Both the position numbers and the translations under genes were made by a program. This document shows positions 11,784 to 20,359 of a stretch of 64,000 nt of DNA, piece after piece; the first letter of the stretch is position 1, and each line of letters begins with the position of its first letter. Origin of the DNA: an uncultured delta proteobacterium (lineage in GTDB: Bacteria > Desulfobacterota > Binatia > UBA9968); the NCBI GenBank assembly GCA_963847445.1, contig CAWJZV010000041.1, positions 64,001 to 128,000 of the forward strand, in the 5' to 3' direction. The notes under the pieces are model-generated. The model saw only the letters and a list, made by a program, of their open reading frames with translations. It did not search any database and had not been told where the DNA came from.

Positions 11784-12566
11784 ATGAAAAGTATCGCTAG
11801 TAAGTATTTTATCGGGGCAGGTGTTAGCGCAGCATTGCTGATCGGCCAGGGGTGTTTGGCGACTCGCGATTGGGTTCGTGAGAATGTCAACGATCCGCTG
11901 TCTGGGCGAATCACCAAGAACGATGGACGTTTGGATGGCCATGATAGTCAGATCGGCAGTCTCGGCACCCGTATGACCGGTGTCGAAGGCAAGCTTGGGC
12001 AATTCGAAGGCCGTCTCGGCCAAGTCGAAGGCCGGGTCGGTCAGGTCGATGCCAAAGCCGACAAAGCGCTCAGCGCTATCGCCAATCTACGCTTGGAGCG
12101 CAAGATCGTCATCGATATGAAAGATGGCGCGAACTTCGCGTTCAACTCGGCCAGTTTGCCGCCGCAAGCGCAGCGTGAGATCGACGGTTTTCTGAGCGAT
12201 CTCAAAGGCGATGTCGCCGGTGCGGACGGGACGGTTTTCCTGGTTGCCGGGCACACCGACAACGTGGGTAATGAAGAGTACAATTATGAGCTCGGCAAGA
12301 AGCGTGCGGATGCGGTAAGCCGTTACCTGATCACCAAGAAGAGCATGGACCCGATGAAGGTGATCCCGGTTTCTTACGGCCAGAGCGCTCCGGTAGCTGA
12401 GAATAACAACAATCAAGGCAGATCTAAAAACCGCCGGGTTGAAATCCTAGTTTACCGCGAAGGCATCACCTCGCAGGCGGCCGCAGCTCCGGCGCCGCAG
12501 CAGCCAGCCGCGCCGCGCTCGTCGCAGACGACCCAGCCGGACGGTGAGAGAGTCACACAGCGCTAG
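11784..12566 (+). CDS. OmpA-family lipoprotein with N-terminal coiled coil
   Basis: GQGC lipobox, heptad repeats, GHTDNVG..YNYELGKKRA, NRRVEI; AGGAGG RBS. Confidence 0.9.
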   Translation: MKSIASKYFIGAGVSAALLIGQGCLATRDWVRENVNDPLSGRITKNDGRLDGHDSQIGSLGTRMTGVEGKLGQFEGRLGQVEGRVGQVDAKADKALSAIANLRLERKIVIDMKDGANFAFNSASLPPQAQREIDGFLSDLKGDVAGADGTVFLVAGHTDNVGNEEYNYELGKKRADAVSRYLITKKSMDPMKVIPVSYGQSAPVAENNNNQGRSKNRRVEILVYREGITSQAAAAPAPQQPAAPRSSQTTQPDGERVTQR

Positions 12567-12594
12567 TTTCTTTGTAAGAGTAACGGGGGCAGCG

Positions 12595-12628
12595 AAAAAA
12601 GGCGGAGTCATCGACTCCGCCTTTTTTT
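12595..12628. terminator. bidirectional intrinsic terminator
   Basis: AAAAAA-GGCGGAGTC-ATC-GACTCCGCC-TTTTTTT. Confidence 0.9.
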
Positions 12629-12872
12629 ATGGGTGCGAGATTTAACCGGGGATTCCCCAGTTGAAATTGGGCCTGCGAGCGAGGCGCAACCCTTTGGTTG
12701 CGAAGACAATGACGACTGGCGCTAAGTGGGTGGCGATCAATGGTGCAATGCGAAATCGCTGCGCGACCGGTGTATCGACTTGGCCAATTGGGAATATGAC
12801 TTTAAAGGCGCACTCCTCGGTGGCTTCGCAACTCGCTGGCGCTTTGACGCCGTGGAACTGCGATATCCGGGT

Positions 12873-13809
12873 TTAACTATACAATTTGTCGATGTAACCG
12901 CTGTCGTCCAACTCGCGCACGAAGTGGGTATTCCATAGCGCCAGCGGATTATAGGCGGCGATCTCGGGATTGCGGCGCACGGCGAGCTGAAAGACGTTGG
13001 CAATGCCTTCGAGGGACGGATAGGGCTTTTTCTCCAAAGATTGCGCCCATTCGTCGTAAAGCGTTTCGACTTCCTGGTCGGTTTGCGAGCTTGAGGATCG
13101 GCGTCGCGTGTTCCTTAAGAATCTCCAAGGTCTCCGGCTTGCGGGTGATGAAAAAGTGGATGGCGTCGACCAACCCCCGGGTCAGTAGACGAATCTCCTC
13201 GGCATGACTTTTCACGAAGCTGGAGGTGGTGGTCAGCGTGACGCCGCGGATCATCGGGATCGCCCGCACGGTGATTACATGGGCGCCGGCTTTGGCGGCG
13301 CGGCTGTCATGGGGGATGGTAACGAAGGTGGCGTCGTAGTCGCCGCTGAGGACGCTTTTCCAGCGGTCTTCTGAAGAGCCGCGTAACTCGCACAGCTCGA
13401 TATCGCCGCGGTCGACATCCAAACCTTCCTGCTTCAAAAACAGCCAGATGTTGAGACCGGCGTGGGAGTTGAGCTTGTCGGCGACGATTTTTTTGCCTCT
13501 GAGCTCCTGCACCGAGCGAATTTCCGGCCTGACGATAAGTTTGTTTTCCGTCCAATTATTCGTCGGCTGCGCCAGGTGGACGAAGTCTTCGCCATTTTTG
13601 GCGTTGCGCACATACAAATTATGATGATTGCCGGAGATCAGGTCGACGGTGCCGTTTTTGAGCGACTCGACGGCTTTTTCGCGAACCAGCTGCGGTGAAG
13701 TGTCGACTTCAAGGCCATTTTTTTGCCAGGATCCCGATTTGTCGGCGACCAACCAAAGCGGCGCGTGGGAATTGGAACGGTAAATGACCCGGAGTTTTTT
13801 ATTTGCCAT
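12873..13809 (-). CDS. NitT/TauT (SsuA/THI5-fold) binding protein lacking a signal peptide, frameshifted near 13085
   Basis: PLWLVAD..G..KNGLEVD, ELRGKKI, C-terminus FVRELDDSGYIDKLYS* as in the 36810 paralog. Confidence 0.8.
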
Positions 13810-13884
13810 GGGAACTTCCTCTCAAATGTAAATCGCTGCTATCGCGGTCATAGCACTACTTAGAACTTTATTGCCAGCGCCGGT

Positions 13885-14358
13885 TTAGCGCTGCAGCCGC
13901 AGACCGAGCCACAAAGTAATGGCGGCGAAAAGCAGGATGCACCAGTTGGCGCTGGTCATGCGGGTGATGACGGAGCGCAGTTGCTCGGGGGTGACTGCGT
14001 CGCCGCCTTCGGTCCGCCTGACGAAACGATGGCCGATGCCGAGGGCTTGGTAGACGCTGAACATGACCATCAGAAAGGCGAACAGCAATTTGATGCCAAG
14101 TTTGTAGGCGAGATACTCGATGAACGTCTCGCGGTAAGCAGCTTTCAGTTCGGTGAGCTGAAACGCCCCGGTGAATAAAATGATGCCCAGGGAACCGACC
14201 TGGAGGGGATTGTAAAACTTCAGGCCGCGGACGAAATAACGCACCCGCTCCTCATGCTTCTCCAACACCCCGACCGCGGGTAGCAGCATGAGCCAAAAAC
14301 CGACGACCGCGCCCAGGTAGACCACCAGGGCGATCAAATGGAGCCAGGAGTAGAACAT
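13885..14358 (-). CDS. 4-TM membrane protein (CopD/DUF4149-like)
   Basis: WLHLIA..YLG first helix, LFTG, KLGIKL; four hydrophobic helices. Confidence 0.7.
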   Translation of the reverse strand: MFYSWLHLIALVVYLGAVVGFWLMLLPAVGVLEKHEERVRYFVRGLKFYNPLQVGSLGIILFTGAFQLTELKAAYRETFIEYLAYKLGIKLLFAFLMVMFSVYQALGIGHRFVRRTEGGDAVTPEQLRSVITRMTSANWCILLFAAITLWLGLRLQR

Positions 14359-14370
14359 CGGGCGGTGGGA

Positions 14371-15187
14371 TCACCCCCAACTAAAACGCGAGCCCTTCTT
14401 GTAGGGTTTGCCGGCGGCGTCATAGGTGTCGCCGATGGTGTCCAGCTGTGCGCGGATGCGCTCGCGCTCGCGCTGCTGGTGGCTCTCGAAGGCGCTGGCG
14501 TCCTTGGCGCGCCGTTCGACGAATTGCGCCAGCTCACGCTCGCGCCGTTCGACGAATTCGCGTTGCTCATTTTCCCATTGGTCGTAGGAGTCTTTGAGCA
14601 GCGTGCGGATATGATAGTTCAAGTTGTCACGGACTACGGTGGACTTGTGGCAGTGGGGGCAAAAGATCACGTTGCCGATGGTGAAGTTCTTGACATTTTG
14701 TTCAGTGACGCCGTTGCACTTGTAGCAGCGCAGCGGAATGTTCCAGGAATCGATGGGCGGCAGTTCGACATAATTCACATCGGCTTCGGCGAATGCCGAT
14801 ACCGCCCCAGCCTCGGCCGGCGCGGCAAGCGCGTTCGCGTTGGCTGGCGTGCCGGGCGTTTGAGCCGCATCGGCCGTCGCCGCCGCTGATTTCCCTTGAC
14901 CCTTGCGAAAGCGCGACTCGAAACTGTCGCCAAAGTTGGTTTCCGGATGGAGTCTCGCGTGCTCTTTGGATCAAAGCTTCTTCGGATTCAACATTGTTCG
15001 GATCGGTGATGCAGACATCCACCGGGCAGACCGCTGCACAGGCCTCGTAATCGTGAAACCCGACGCATTCGGTGCAAAGCTTCGGATCGATGACGAAAAT
15101 CGGGTCGCCTTGAGTAATCGCATTGTTGGGACACTCGGGCTCGCAAGCGCCGCAGTTGATACAGTCGTTGGCGATCATCGTTGCCAT
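14371..15187 (-). CDS. YfhL-type 2[4Fe-4S] ferredoxin, probably fused via an Ala-rich linker to a CxxC..CxxC/coiled-coil domain
   Basis: CINCGACEPECP, CTECVGFHDYEACAAVCP; one indel near 14955 joins to HPETNFGDSFESRFRK..CYKC..CPHC. Confidence 0.75.
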
Positions 15188-15511
15188 GAACTTCTCACCT
15201 CCAAAATAACTAGCGCGGAATTGCCATCGGCGTGAAACTCGCCATATCCTAGATGAAATGAATTGGCGTTGCAAATCTTTGAATTCCCTGTGACCCGAAT
15301 GTCACAAGCGTTTTCTCCATCGGCCATGGGGCGGCAAAGTTGTGAGCTCGTGCGACGGCGAGTGAAGTGCGACTTTACGCTAGCTGCGGCTACTTCTAAA
15401 TTGGCGATCTCAAGGATCGCACTGCGTCGATAGCGCCCAAGAAAATGTCGCAGACAAGATGGGGCGGCGCCACCCTCTTGGCGCGTCGGTTCTGGTGGGC
15501 TATGATGCCGC

Positions 15512-16537
15512 ATGATGATTTCCCGACCATTTTACCTCCATCGGATTTTTTCGATGGGTTTCGCAGTTGCACTAGTTGTTTTTACCGCCAACGTTTCTCC
15601 GGGCGCCGATAGTCCGAAGAAACTGCGCTTGGCCTACGCCGGGTGGGAGGTCGGCACGGCGGTGGCCTACATCGGCGTCGACGCCGGTTTGTTCAAACAG
15701 CATGGGTTGGAAGTCGACGAGCTGCCGATTCGCGACACGCTGAGCGCCGGCGTGCAGTCGCTGTTAGGCGTCGATTTGCTGATCGGTTTCGGCAATCCGC
15801 TCGCTGTGCTGCAGCCGGTGGCCAGCGGCGGGGATATCACGGTGATCGGCTCCCATGTCAGTTTCGATCAGTACGGCATGGGCGTGGCGACATCCATCGA
15901 CGCAATTAAAGATTTGAAGGGTAAGAAGGTCGGGGTCTCGGCGCTCGGCGCGCGCTCGGATCTAATCGCCCGAGTCATGTTGCGGCGCGCCGGACTGGAT
16001 CCCGCCAAGGATGTTGAGATGGTGGCGGCCGGCCTGGCGCCGCAACGGGCGCTGGCGTTATCGAAGAATCTCGTGCAGGGAGTGCCGCTGCGGGAGGATA
16101 TCGCCGCGGAAGCGAAGAAAGCCGGCATCAAGATTGTCGAAGTGAAAACCGTTCCAGTGGTCACTGATTTGTTGATGACCACACGCTCGTTCATCAAGCG
16201 CGATGAAGAGACCATCCGCCGTTTCATGAAGGGCTACGCCGCGGCGATCCACCATTTCCTCTCCAAGCGTAGCGAGAGCTTGGCGATCCTGAAAAAATAC
16301 TTTCCCGGCACTCAGGGGATCTCTGTCGACAGCATGTATGACGCCTACTCGGCGCAACTACGGCCGCTGCCCGAGCTTAACAACGAATCGATCCAAGCCC
16401 TGGTCGATGTCAGCGCCGTCGCGGACCAACGCGCCGGCAAGCTCAAACCCAGCGATATCGTCGAGCCGCGCTTTTTCGACGAGCTCAAGAACAGCAAGTT
16501 TTTGAAGGATCTCTACGTCGAGAAGGTCAGCCTCTGA
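15512..16537 (+). CDS. NitT/TauT-type ABC substrate-binding protein
   Basis: Signal peptide, GLFKQHGLEV, DLKGKKVGVS, RFMKGY. Confidence 0.85.
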   Translation: MMISRPFYLHRIFSMGFAVALVVFTANVSPGADSPKKLRLAYAGWEVGTAVAYIGVDAGLFKQHGLEVDELPIRDTLSAGVQSLLGVDLLIGFGNPLAVLQPVASGGDITVIGSHVSFDQYGMGVATSIDAIKDLKGKKVGVSALGARSDLIARVMLRRAGLDPAKDVEMVAAGLAPQRALALSKNLVQGVPLREDIAAEAKKAGIKIVEVKTVPVVTDLLMTTRSFIKRDEETIRRFMKGYAAAIHHFLSKRSESLAILKKYFPGTQGISVDSMYDAYSAQLRPLPELNNESIQALVDVSAVADQRAGKLKPSDIVEPRFFDELKNSKFLKDLYVEKVSL

Positions 16538-16728
16538 TCGTCCGCTGTTAGACTTCACACAGAGAACTTTAATCGAGGATTGTCGCTGGAAGATCGCCGA
16601 TGGCGATCTTCCAGCCGCGCATCCTTGCTTCGGTGGGCGTGCGCCTATCGGTTCCTCAGCGCGCCGAACTGGAACTTTCACCGGCCTTTTGATATGCAGC
16701 AGACAACAAAATTTAACCGGAGGAACTC

Positions 16729-17475
16729 ATGAGACTCAAAGATCAGGTGGCGATCGTTACCGGAGCGGGGCGTAATATTGGCGAGGATGTTTGTAAACTG
16801 TTCGTCGCGGAAGGCGCCAAGGTTGCCGTCGTCGATTTGGATCCGGGGCGCGGCAGCAACGTCGCCAATGAAATCAACGCGAAAAATCCTGGCAAAGCTA
16901 TTTCGGTGGTTTGCGATGTCGCCAACGCTGCGTCGGTCAACAGCATGGTCGAGACCGTGGTTAAGGCCTTTGGCGGCGTCGATATCCTGGTCAACAACGC
17001 GGCTTGGACCGATCACAAGACGCTCTTCGATATCACCGAGGAAGAATGGGATCGGACGATGAATGTGTGCATGCGCAGCGTGTGGTACTGCACCCGCGCG
17101 ACGGCCAAAGTGATGATCGAGCAGAAGCGCAAAGGGCGGATCGTCAACATCGCCTCGACTTCGGGTCACTGGGGGCGCAAGGAAGCGACGGCTTATACCA
17201 CGGCCAAGGCGGGCGTGTTGAACCTGACCCGTTCCATCGCCGTGCAGTTGGCGCCGGAAGGCATTCGCGTCAATTCCGTCTCGCCGAACCGCATCGGCTC
17301 TCCGGTGGGTCAACAAGACGTGCCGGAAAATCGTTTCGTGAAAAATTTGGCCGGCCGGCGCGGCGTGCCGATGGATATCGCCAAGGCGGTGGTGTTCATG
17401 GTCTCCGATGAGTCGGAGTTTATCTATGCGATCGATCTGCCGGTCGACGGCGGCGCGTTGGCGATCCGGGATTAG
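16729..17475 (+). CDS. SDR oxidoreductase
   Basis: VTGAGRNIG, LVNNA, YTTAK, GIRVNSVSP. Confidence 0.92.
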   Translation: MRLKDQVAIVTGAGRNIGEDVCKLFVAEGAKVAVVDLDPGRGSNVANEINAKNPGKAISVVCDVANAASVNSMVETVVKAFGGVDILVNNAAWTDHKTLFDITEEEWDRTMNVCMRSVWYCTRATAKVMIEQKRKGRIVNIASTSGHWGRKEATAYTTAKAGVLNLTRSIAVQLAPEGIRVNSVSPNRIGSPVGQQDVPENRFVKNLAGRRGVPMDIAKAVVFMVSDESEFIYAIDLPVDGGALAIRD

Positions 17476-17495
17476 TCTTCGTTCGATACGTCATG

Positions 17496-17534
17496 AAAGG
17501 CGGTGAAGCGATCATGGCTTCACCGCCTTTTTTT
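17496..17534 (+). terminator. intrinsic terminator
   Basis: AAAGGCGGTGAAGC / GCTTCACCGCCTTT followed by a T run. Confidence 0.88.
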
Positions 17535-17555
17535 GCTCTCGGACTCGGAAAGACT

Positions 17556-17670
17556 CACCGCAGAGGCGCTGCAGAGGTCACAGAGAGAAGATTCGGAATC
17601 GGATGATTTAACCGCAAAGGACGCAAAGAACGCATTTCCGAACGTACGGGGCGGGTTTGAAACCCGCCCT
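17556..17670. repeat. CCGCA(A/G)AG 9-mer-type repeats plus REP hairpin
   Basis: ACCGCAAAGGACGCAAAGAACGCA and GGGCGGGTTTGAAACCCGCCC, both recurring at 22917-23134 and 55110-55279. Confidence 0.7.
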
Positions 17671-17736
17671 CGTCTTGTCTCCGCGTTGACAGTCTTTCGC
17701 TGGATCGGATAACTTCGCCGACGAAGAGGAACCACC

Positions 17737-18774
17737 ATGAGTGAAACCGCAATCCAACGCAGCGGTTCAGCCCGACGCGACTTTGAAGTCGACGCCCGAG
17801 ACGGTTCTGTGGGGCTATATCGCGGCCAATTTGCCGCCGGCATTGACCGTGAAGTCGGGACAGATCGTCGAGATCGAGGCGCTGTCGCACCAGGGGCTGA
17901 CCACCAGCAAGGATCCCGAGAAGTTTTTTGCCGGCTATGGGATTCCCGGCAACGAAGTTCTCGCCGATGCCAAGCAGGTTTACGCCGAGGTGAAGCGGCC
18001 TAAAGGCGCGAGTGTGCATGTTCTCACCGGGCCGATCTATGTCGACGGGCGCCGAGCCGGGCGATTGTTTGGAGATCCGCGTGCACGACATCAAGTTCCG
18101 CGTGCCCTACGGCGTCAACAATACCGGTCCCGGTAAAGGCGTGCTGCCCAAGCTGCTCAAAGAGGCCACGGCGAAACTGATCCGCATCGATCTCGAACGG
18201 CGCGTGGCGCTGTTCTCCGACGATATTCAGATACCGCTCAATCCGTTCATGGGCATCATGGCGGTGTCGCCGCCGACGAGTTTGGGGCTGGTTTCATCGA
18301 CGCCGCCGGGCGCCTGGGGCGGCAACATCGATTTGAAATACACCGGCATCGGTTCGTCGTTATTTCTTCCCGTGTTCAACAAGGGCGGGCAGTTTTTCAC
18401 CGGCGACGGCCATGCGGTGCAAGGCGACGGCGAGGTGGACGGCGGCGCCATCGAGATCTCGCTCAAGCCGACCCTGCAATTCATCGTTCACAAAGGCAAG
18501 ACGATCAAGCAGCCGCGGGTGGAAACCGCGACGGATTATCTCACCACCGGGCTCGATGTCGACTTAAACGTCGCCACCAGAATCGCCGTGCAGGAAGCGG
18601 TGGATTTCCTCCAGGAGGAAAAAGGCATGAGCGCGGCGGACGCTTACGCGCTGTCGAGTCTTGCCGTGGATTTAGGCAATTGGCGAAGCGGTCGACATGG
18701 TGAATCTGGTCTATGCCAAGATTCCCAAGAATATTTTTAAGAGCAATGCGGAGTTCTGGCATAAGCCGGCGTAG
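17737..18774 (+). CDS. acetamidase/formamidase family protein, frameshifted
   Basis: HVLTGPIYV.GAEPGD, PPGAWGGNID, GDGHAVQGDGEV. Confidence 0.88.
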
Positions 18775-18779
18775 CCGGC

Positions 18780-18852
18780 GTTCAAGGTTCAATGTTCAAG
18801 TGTTCAACGTTGAATCCGAATCCGGTTTCAAATCTAACCCGTTGTCTTGAAC
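18780..18852. repeat. degenerate GTTCAAN tandem array
   Basis: GTTCAAG GTTCAAT GTTCAAGT GTTCAAC ... TTGAAC. Confidence 0.65.
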
Positions 18853-18902
18853 GATCACCGAGTTGGCGGGTAGATAACATTAGCCCACTGAAGGAGAATC
18901 CC

Positions 18903-19994
18903 ATGGATATCGCGCCGCTCAATCAAAAAACCGGTTACGTGCGCTGGATGAAGAGCCAGGGGCTGCCGATTCATACCGGCCATGGCATGGCCGATCTACG
19001 CGCACTCGAAGTTACGCCCTATGCGCGCATGGGCGGCAAGGCCGCGTTCATTCAACTGCACGGCATGCAGGGGATCACCGGCGGCTACATCGGCGAGATC
19101 CCGCCGGGCGATGCGCTGAAACCGGAGCGGCATCTCTATGAAGAGGTGATCTGCATTCTCAACGGCCAGGGCGCCACCGAGCTATGGGACGATCATGGCA
19201 ACAAAAAAATGTTCGAGTGGAACAAGTGGAGCCTGTTCGCGCCACCGATGAACACGAACCATCGGTTGGTCAACGGCTCGCGCGAACCGGTGCGCTTCCT
19301 CGCCGTGACCAATGCGCCGTTGGCGTTCGACATTTATCGCGATGAAAATTTCGTTTTTAATTGCCCCTACAGTTTCAAAGACCGCTATTACGGCGAAGAA
19401 GATTATTTCGAAGTCGGCAAGAAGCGTTACGTCAGCGGCTTGATCAATATCTGGGAGACCAATTTTATTCCCGACATCAATGCCGCGATGTTGGAAAGCC
19501 TCGAAGTCAAAGGCGCCGGTCTGCGCTTGGCGCAGTTCGAGATGGCCGGCAACGCGCTGGTCGGCCATCTGGGCGAGTGGCCGGTGGGCAAATATCACAA
19601 AGCGCACCACCATGGTCCAGGCGCGATCATCGTCGGCACCAAGTCGGTCGGCAACGTGCTTCTCTGGCACAAGCAATGGGGCATGCACCCGTACACCGAC
19701 GGCCATGAAGACAAGGTGATCGATATCAACTGGGGTGAAGGGAGCATTTATTGCCCGCCCGGCGACTGGTTCCACCAGCACTTCAACACCGGCAAAGAGC
19801 CGGCGCGCCACTTGGCCGTGCGCTACGGCAGCCGCATTCATCCGTTGGGTTTCAAAGTCTCGCACCAGAAAACCGACGACGATGTTTTCCGCAGCGTCGA
19901 CGAAGGCGGCTGGATGATCACCTACGAGAACGAAGACCCGGAGATTCCCAAGCGCTATCAGGCGGCGCTCAAGGCGAATGGGGTTGTTTCCTAA
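18903..19994 (+). CDS. bicupin protein
   Basis: ERHLYEE..G.G.TE and KYHKAHHHGPG..WFHQHFN cupin motifs; AAGGAG RBS. Confidence 0.82.
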   Translation: MDIAPLNQKTGYVRWMKSQGLPIHTGHGMADLRALEVTPYARMGGKAAFIQLHGMQGITGGYIGEIPPGDALKPERHLYEEVICILNGQGATELWDDHGNKKMFEWNKWSLFAPPMNTNHRLVNGSREPVRFLAVTNAPLAFDIYRDENFVFNCPYSFKDRYYGEEDYFEVGKKRYVSGLINIWETNFIPDINAAMLESLEVKGAGLRLAQFEMAGNALVGHLGEWPVGKYHKAHHHGPGAIIVGTKSVGNVLLWHKQWGMHPYTDGHEDKVIDINWGEGSIYCPPGDWFHQHFNTGKEPARHLAVRYGSRIHPLGFKVSHQKTDDDVFRSVDEGGWMITYENEDPEIPKRYQAALKANGVVS

Positions 19995-19999
19995 AATTT

Positions 20000-20060
20000 G
20001 TTCAAGGGTTCAAGGTTCAAAAGTTCAAGGTTCCGGCCCGTTTCGGCTGAACTTTGAGCT
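20000..20060. repeat. degenerate GTTCAAN tandem array
   Basis: GTTCAAGG GTTCAAG GTTCAAAA GTTCAAG GTTCC ... TGAACTTTGAGC. Confidence 0.65.
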
Positions 20061-20083
20061 ATTACAATTGTGTTTGCAGGGAC

Positions 20084-20356
20084 TCATGACGTTCCTCGAT
20101 GGCTTAGAACGCGTCGTAGACGCTGCTGTCGGCTGTGCGGCGCTGCGACATTAGTGACGCCAGCACCGAGAGCAATAAATCCCGCAATCACCCCGAGCGA
20201 TGCGCCGATCGGATTTTGTAGACATCGACGAGCATCATTTTGACCCCAACAACCGAGCACGACGGAAAGGCCGACTTTCATATAGACGAACATTTCCATC
20301 ACGCCCGCGAGCATGAAATGGAGCGCGCGCAAACCGAGAATGGTGAACACGTTTGC
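20084..20356 (-). pseudogene. 3' fragment of a TerC/Alx family gene
   Basis: ANVFTILGLRALHFMLAGVMEMFVYMKVGLSVVL resembles TerC SNIFAILGLRxLYF; the N-terminal two thirds are absent. Confidence 0.75.
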
Positions 20357-20359
20357 GCG

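Noticed and set aside
12661-12938. Small plus-strand ORFs after the terminator
   Set aside because: No RBS or motif; they overlap the 3' end of the minus-strand SBP gene.
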